Source: the human T2T-CHM13v2.0 reference genome, Homo sapiens | Length of the DNA stretch: 64,000 nucleotides | Reading direction: 5' to 3' (one strand) | Assembly (NCBI RefSeq): GCF_009914755.1 | Contig: NC_060934.1 | Shown: positions 53,452 to 64,000 of the stretch, in pieces | Position numbering within the stretch: position 1 is the stretch's first letter | How the letters are laid out: each line of letters starts with the position of its first letter | Translations under genes and position numbers: made by a program | The notes under the pieces: model-generated | Seen by the model: the letters and a program-made list of their open reading frames with translations, nothing else | Told to the model about the DNA's origin: nothing | The model's database searches: none

Positions 53452-53779
53452 CTGCAAGTAGAAGCCAATGGCAAAAGATTGATAAGCATCTTTCCTGGAC
53501 TCTGGTGCTTCGGGGGTGCCAATAACTGCACTCTGAGTAATCCTGGTCACTTCATCAATTGAGAGAGTTTAAGTCAGGGGACTTATGATTTCTTTCTCAA
53601 CAAGACCAGGTGAACGTGTTTTTGCAGTTCTAAGTATTATTTGCAAATTAAATAGCCATATATCTCTAAAGCTTCCTGAGCAACAACCAGAGGTACCCCC
53701 TCTCGTTCCCTTTCAGCTTTATCCGTGCTACATAGGGTTCACGTCACCCATCTGAATGTCCATCACATCATAACATCAG

Positions 53780-53970
53780 ATCATGGTTGAGAGCTGATTA
53801 CATGCTAATTGCATAAACTCATTGAATTTTCACAACCAACAGACAAGATAGATATGGACTGACATCGCCTCCATTACACTCATGGTACAGAGATAAGAAA
53901 CTTAGCTATGGTCACACAGCTAGTAAGCAGGGATCAATTCTTTAGTTATTGGACTGCGTTCTACTCTTTT
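53780..53970 (-). mobile_element. MIR
   Basis: 'aactcattgaattttcacaac', 'aaacttagctatggtcacacagctagtaag'. Confidence 0.75.
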
Positions 53971-53974
53971 GCCT

Positions 53975-54115
53975 GTGTCTGCCTTCACCAGTCTGTGAAC
54001 TCCTGGAGTAGAGGAATTGTGCCTTATATGTTACTGGCTTTGAATTTTTTCATCCCTGGTTTTTTGCACAGTGACCAATGAATGCAAGGTGTACAGTGAA
54101 AGTTAGCTGAACTGA
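53975..54115 (+). mobile_element. L2 3' fragment
   Basis: 'caccagtctgtgaactcctggagtagaggaattgtgcctta'. Confidence 0.55.
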
Positions 54116-55240
54116 TGGAAAGATGGACTATCAGAATACTGCCCATTTTTCACTTTTGAGAAAGCCATTCAGCGTCCAGGCTGCTTAGAAAGCAGCTCTT
54201 ACATAAAACAAGTGCAACTCCCTAGGTGTGTGGGAGCAGGAACGGGATCTGGAGCATGATGGAGCGATGCTCCCACTAGATGAGGAAGCTCTTTCTTTTT
54301 TTAGCCAAAAAAAAAAAAAAAAGGAGATGGATACCATGTCAGCAATGCCCTACTTATAGTATTCTTAACTTGATTAAGAAAGCGATGACTTCAAAGAAGC
54401 AAAAGGGTGGGGCTGAAAAAGACAAAAGCCAAGAGGAAAAGCCAAGTTTGTGCAGGCATAAGCAAACTAGCATCGTGATCTGTGAACACATTGCACAACC
54501 TGAAAACATGTCAGTTAATTAAAGTCCTTTTATATTAATTGGATGAAGCATAGATTATGTAAAGGTAGAACAGCAGTGTTCCTGCGGCTGTCCTATTTCA
54601 TAGTACTGTGCTTTTGGGGCTATTTAATATAACAGATGGAATATCAGTAACTCCATAGTTATCAGAAATGACTCCAATATACTTAGTTAATACACGTATT
54701 AAACAAAATTACTCCAGAAATCCACACTAAGATCAAATAACATAACTAATAACATAACTTTCTACAACACAGAAAATGTTTTTGTGACCTAGGATCAAGA
54801 TGGTCAGATTGATGTATAAGAGTTTTTAAAAATAATTCTGACCTTGCCTTACAGTGCTCATAAACTAGACCCTTCAACGGTCTGACCCATGGACATGCTA
54901 CTATATGACCCACCTAAAGAAAATGGCCCCAGAAGGAAGTGTGGTCAGTGTCAAAGGCCTCACTTTTCATAACTTTATTCTAACCTGTTTATTTCTCTTC
55001 CATGATCCCTTTCACCCTTTTGAAGCGAGAAAGCCTGAGTTAGACACGTCATCATCATTTTAACATTGACAATAACATTAAATAAGAGTGAAGGACTGTA
55101 TCAGTTCTGAAACTCTACACACATTTTCCATATTATGTTGTATTTTATTTATTGTGTGTTAACATCGACATTATTAGGTATACAGATACAGATGTCAATG
55201 TACACAGATAATCTCTAAGTAAAAGAAAAAGACAACAAAG

Positions 55241-55403
55241 TTACTTGGGAGGCTGAAGTGGGAGGATTGCTTGAGGCCAAGATTTCAAGACAAGCCTTGG
55301 CAACATAGTAAGACTCTGTCTCTAAAAAATGAAATAAAACAAAATAGCTGGGTTTGGTGGCAGCACATTCTTGTAGTCCTAGCCTAATTAGGAGGCTGAG
55401 GTG
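55241..55403 (+). mobile_element. Partial AluJ
   Basis: 'tgggaggattgcttgaggccaag...ggcaacatagtaagac', ends in the right arm. Confidence 0.88.
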
Positions 55404-56577
55404 CACATTATTCAGTTCAAACTTCCCTGTTTTAAATGATTATGAATATAAGTTTATCCATTTCTTGAGCTGACATGTCCCTTCAAGTGGGAAACCATGG
55501 TGAGTGCCTGATTCCCTTCTGTGTCATATTTTCCAAGCTAAGAAATGTGTGAGGTCTGTTACTAATGAAGTCACCACAGCACAGAGATTGTTAAAATCCT
55601 CAAACATTTGAGCTGGTACTCAGTTTTCTTGGTATCCTCATACCTCTCAAAACTGTCTAACTCTTTGCATAAGAAATTTAGGTGTGGTTTTTTTTCCTAT
55701 GTTTATCTTCTGTTTGTGGGTTGTGTTTTATTTTTCGTGTAAATTTTTACAATTAGATACAGGGAAAAGAGGTTCTGTTATTACTTGATGAATTATGTAC
55801 CTACTGTTAAGCAGTTTTCAGAAGATAGTATCCAAACTTTTTACGATTTCGTACATTCTACCAAATGGTAGAATGATTTTAACCCAGTTCTTTGTAATAT
55901 GCCTGCTCCACAGTAAGTGCCCAGTAATCATTTACTAATTATCCCTTGGAGGTACCTCCTGAAATATTTGTGTAATACCGGATTTTTAAATATTGAACTC
56001 TCAAATGCCAAAAATAAAAGAGAATGTATTTTTAACACACTCTTTTTTGGTGAATGTGTGTATTTGTGTTCAGTCTAGACTCATTTGAGGCAAGAAAACA
56101 ATGTTGTTGCCTGATATTTGCTACTGAAATTTACTTCATTCTGTTTCCCTTTGTTTTCTATATGTCTGTGGCAAAACTTGTTTCTAGCCATTTATTGCAA
56201 TATTCAATGTGCACAGCTTTAAGCTCTCAGCTTTTTAATAGACTTGGAATTGAATAGAAAATTATGAGAATATGTTTTCACACCATATTTTCAAAACATA
56301 AGAGCTGCGTTAAGACATCAAATTGGATTAAATATTGTAATATTATTACTTCTAAATGATATAATTTTATGTTATGTTGAACTAGGTGATAGTTCATAGA
56401 TAGATAGACAGATAAATGTTAGACACATAGATATACACACACACATATATCCCTCAATAGCTCAGTGAAAACTTTAAAGAGATATATCTTAGGCCTGAAA
56501 ATTATAACAATAATGAAAAATATGCCAAATGATACAAATAAATTGGTTAAAAAGTATTGGTTCAGAGGAATATGTAG

Positions 56578-56944
<367 letters not shown>

Positions 56945-57623
56945 TGGTTTGGTTTGCTTTAATGAATGACTACTTGGCACACACCTTTCTTCGGGTAAAT
57001 TTGCTTTGATTTTCTCCTGAAACAACTTTGAATACTAGTCCAGGCTCTACTAAATTCACAAAAATAAATAAGAACATGTAAGGATATAAGCGCCCAAATA
57101 GATTTTGCTTTCTTGAAAGTAAGAAGCCAATACACTTAGAAAACCCCTGATATACCTAGGAATGACTTAATTTTAAGTTAATCCTTGGAATTGGATGGCT
57201 CAGCTAAAATTGGATTTTTTCCAAATTAATAGGAGGCTGGCTGAGTTGACATGGCTATTTTGATTTTTTTATTTTATAAGTTGAATTCTTTCTTTTCTCA
57301 TCCTCACTCTCCTCTACTGGGCTTTCAAATAATATTAGCATTTGCCCATCAATGCAGAGTATACCATAGATCCAATTATTTTCATTTTATTCATACATAC
57401 TCCACTTAACCCCCCCTCAATACATCCTCCCACTGGAGCAAGCAAAAAGTTAGTTTATTGGCAACACAGAGGAACATGCTCTGGAACAATTCTCTCTTTT
57501 ATATGTTACAGCATAAGGTCACTGGAGCTAACCGTCTTCCCAAGAAGGACATCTTTCTGAGGGTATCAAGGAAGTGTGCTCATCAGGATTTCATGCTTCC
57601 TGTCACTCTTCACATCTTTGTTA

Positions 57624-59117
<1,494 letters not shown>

Positions 59118-59502
59118 ACAATAAGAACACATGGACACAGGAAGGGGAACATCACACTCTGGGGACTGTTGTGGGGTGGGGGGAGGGGGGAGGGATAGCA
59201 TTGGGAGATATACCTAATGCTAGATGACGAGTTAGTGGGTGCAGCGCACCAGCATGGCACATGTATACATATGGAACTAACCTGCACATTGTGCACATGT
59301 ACCCTAAAACTTAAAGTAAAATAAAAAAAAGAAAAAGATATAGTAAAGGGAAAATCTGGACTAGTGAATCTATTAAATAAGGTGAGATGCAAAAAAAAAA
59401 AAGAAAAGATAAATGAGTCAAGAAGCTAGCATTTCGCTATGCAGGTTGGGGCAATCTATAGACTTTTCCTCTTTCTTTTTTAAAAATGGTATATATAATT
59501 TT

Positions 59503-60556
<1,054 letters not shown>

Positions 60557-63500
60557 TAATTTTTTGAAACTGCTAAGAAATCTTTCCACCCACAGGTTGT
60601 CAGTTGAGGTAGAAGCCCTATCTCCTCAGTGAATCTTCTTTAGGATTTTTAGTGTGCTGTATTTGATTCATTGCTCTTCCACTCTTGCTCTGGGCCAAGG
60701 TTGCCTTCTGGTGGCTTTCAGGGGTTTCTCCTTTTCATATAAGCTGCATTTGAATTGGGCTCCTATGTTTAATTGGGCAGGCATTACTCTCAAACATACT
60801 GGTTTTCAAAGTAGCCACACCCAGGACTCATAAATAAGTATCCTGATCACTTCACCAAATAAGTGAGCTTCTATAACCAGAATATCTTGTGTATTTTATT
60901 TTTTTCTTTTCTCTCCCTCTTCTTTATTCTATTTTCTATTTGAATAATGACATGCAGATAGGATGCCATTATCTGGGATATTTTTCACATTATCTGTGTA
61001 GGAATTTAAATGTATACTTGCAGGATAGAGTATCTAAATCACTCAATCTCTCTGTTATAAAAATAATGCAGAAAGTCTTCAGTGATTAGCTGTCTCACAA
61101 CTACTATTGTTGGGTCTTCTGAAGTATGAATTTTGTGTGTGAATTCCAAATCTAAGTGCTTCTCTTTTGGATCAAATCATCACCAAAACAAAAACAATAA
61201 CAACAAAAAAAGTCTTTATTGTAGCATCTGTCTTTCGTAGTTCTCATTATAACCTTGACTTCCTCTCCTTAACTTTTTGGATGACAAAATGTGCAGTGGT
61301 CAAACACAAATGAAATCAGCTGTGTTGACCCCAGATAAGATTGAATTGGGTCACTTCCACTAAATAAAGTGAAGTTTAATTTTGCACTATGCAAAAAGCA
61401 ACCTATTGAAGTTACTTATTTCTGAGAATCTCTCCCAAGTTTCCAATCTGACACCACATTGCTTCTCACGTTTGTCTACTGAACATGGTGACGTGAATTT
61501 TCTACTGGTGGTATTAGCTGTATTGTGAAGACATATTTCAGTATTTTCACTTTTAAATATGTGTATTTTGTGAGCAGTGAAGTGGCGATAGAAGACAGTT
61601 GACCGTGATTAAGCTAAAATATGTAAATGGGCATTTCCAGGTTTGTTTTATTGGGTGGGGGTAGGGGATGAAGGCAAATATCTGCTTTAAATGATCGAAG
61701 TTTCCTCTCAAGAATAAAAACAAAGTATGGTACAGTGAAACTCCCAAATACCATTTTCCAAGGTACCTTTGTCTGTAGTGAAATGCAAAGTAACTCATTT
61801 GAACGGGGTCTATGCCTTGGGATATCACATGAAAGCAAGGCCAACACAACAATTTCCCCCAGAAACAGTGTTCTTTATTAATGCCACCAGGTAGTAGACA
61901 AGCTGTCACCAACAGAGTCATTATAATGGCCGAGACAGAGTATCCCGATAACTCTGCATTATTCTGCTGGAGTCACTCTGTGCCACTGCATGATTGAGCG
62001 TCTCCCTCCCGTTTAGAAAAGACTTGGTTCATGTTACCACTGTAAACTCAATCCCTGAACATATCGCCTCACAGCAACAGGACAAAATGCAAATGAGAAC
62101 ACTTTGCAATTTATAAAGAATGTTCCTGGAAAGATGGTCAAAGTGGTTTATAAACTAGAACTATCTTTTCTGAGAGTAAACAAAGGCACAGAGTGTTTAG
62201 ATAATAATGTCAACGGGACAACTTATTGGAAGACAAAGTAGGAAAAAAAAAAAAACTTTGAAGTGTATTATGACCAATAGGTATTATCTTTACACAAGCA
62301 TTCTGAAAACCATCATGAAAAACATGTGAAAATCTGATTTCTAGTTCAGCAGAGAAGGTGTCATTTTCTCCAAAATGACAGGGTGATTCACTTATGAAAA
62401 GTATTCAAACGTTAAACATCAGTCTTTGGGTGGTACGTGAGTCCAATATTTAATTTCTATCAATGTATACACAAGTTGGGAATCTGACTTATTAATAATA
62501 TTAACCTGATATTGAGAGGTAGTACATTTGGCTTTTCTCAAACCAGAGCCAGTCTTCTCAGGAATTTACCTGTCAGTAGAATGGTGATCCTATAAACTGC
62601 TTCAACTTTCCCTCAGTTGTGTACAAATGTTCTCCAAGAAATTATTCTTCCTTCAGTAAGCCCAGAACTGATGCAATATGGAGCAAAATTGACTAATGAC
62701 ATCATTTGAAGATTAATAACAGTGACAAGAGAGTTGTTTAGGAATAGTAATACCATGTTTATGTCATCCTAGGGCTTAGTGATTAATTTATTTAAATGAC
62801 TATATTGAAAAGTTAAAAAAAAACAAAACAACTCAGCTTGGTAGACATGTTAGAAAGGGGAGCCTCTTCAGACTTCACCTTTAAGGGGCTAAAAAAGTAG
62901 TTAAGAAGCTACTTTGCTAGCCCCTGAATGGGATGGTCAAGAATTCTACTCTCAACGGCTAGTCAATCTGTTTTCTGTTTTATATCACATGCTACCCTTG
63001 GTTGGTGACAGACTCTTTTGTTCTTGCTTTTCCCTGTTAAATTGTCATCCGTGTAATTACTCATCAACAGGAATTATTTTCCTTTGGTCTCCAATTTTAA
63101 TTCTGAGAAGCTTTTCTTACTTGTGTTTTTATATTTTGTACATTACAAGATTTTTAAAAAAAAAAAACATTTTTAGTTTTTTTAAAATGTCGTTCTTATA
63201 CTTTTCAAGTTGCACGGTTTTACCGCCAAATAAAATGTCCCGGGAAAATTATAATCCGGGGAATCAGAATCACGTATCAAATATATTTGTTTTTCCATTC
63301 AGTGGCTTTTCCCAAATGGAAACACACTTAACATATTTGATCCACAGTCTTTTGACATTCTCCTTTGCCTTGGTAGTACAAGGCAGGTAATTTTATCTTA
63401 GAAGAAAGAATGTGAAAGAAGCAATTGCTTTAAGTGAGTGACAATCTTAGTTCCTCAAAGTCCAGGATACCAGGTCAACAGCTCTATGAGGAGGGTGGCA

Positions 63501-63576
63501 GGGAAGCTTTTCTTTGAAATTGCTGGAGTTATACAACCCTATACTGTGAAAAGAAAAAGAGAAAATGAGAGGTGGA

Positions 63577-63603
63577 CAGAGAGAGAGAGAGAAAGAGAGG
63601 GAG
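63577..63603. repeat. (GA)n repeat
   Basis: Direct reading. Confidence 0.85.
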
Positions 63604-64000
63604 TGTCATTACAGTTTGAAATAGTGTATACATGTACACGTTAGGATCACTAGAAAAGGCTTATATGAACCACTCTTCTTAACAAAGTCATTAGGAATAG
63701 GTATCTTTTATAAATAATAATGGACAATAATTCTTTATTTATACTATAGGTCCAGTGGAGAAGACAGGACCCAGGTTAGACATTTTTGACTCCAAGAGTT
63801 ACAGTCTTCTCAGGATAGATACTTTGAGGGTGGGCCCAGCCTCTCTATAACAAACATGTTATTTTTGAGTTTTCTTATTATTTTTTCCCAATACTTCAAA
63901 GAAAAAAATATTGGAAGGATTTTTTTTTCTTGTAGGATATTAAATGAAAAAATAAGAATAAAAAGATAAAAGACATTTTCAACTCCAACTCTTGGGGAGT

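Noticed and set aside
59329-59340. aagaaaaagata as the L1 3' TSD
   Set aside because: It has an extra A relative to the 5' copy; the copy at 59401-59411 is exact and follows a signal-associated poly(A). Kept only as an alternative.
62914-63390. 158-aa ORF
   Set aside because: Non-ATG start, F/L/S-biased composition typical of T-rich DNA, no recognisable domain.

Overview
AT-rich primate (human-like) nuclear DNA that reads as intergenic or deep-intronic sequence. There is no recognisable cellular protein-coding exon, no tRNA, rRNA or CRISPR array, and no CpG island. Much of the window is interspersed repeat: about 15 Alu/FRAM copies, L1 fragments from old L1M to a young L1PA2-like copy, L2, MIR, solo LTRs (MER41A, THE1C, MLT1A/B/C), DNA transposons (MER33, MER44A) and microsatellites. 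Nearly all ORF-track entries are Alu-, L1- or simple-repeat-derived, or are chance ORFs. I did not find a new biological system. The most notable structures are: (1) a young L1 with both a twin-priming 5' inversion and a ~60-bp 3' transduction inside an exact 11-bp TSD (57703-59411); (2) a probable AluJ-L1PB chimeric retroelement sharing one TSD (24590-25065); (3) a MER41A LTR with a recent 92-bp tandem duplication and a template-switch hairpin that creates a new AATAAA, plus a second hairpin with inverted ETS motifs nearby; (4) two short dispersed local duplications that look like templated insertions; (5) a 9-nt microexon-like cassette (23856-23864) and several other candidate exons that may belong to an unidentified plus-strand non-coding transcript; and (6) a ~770-bp AT tract grown from an Alu tail. 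Repeat subfamily names come from recalled consensus sequences, and boundaries of the old repeats are approximate.
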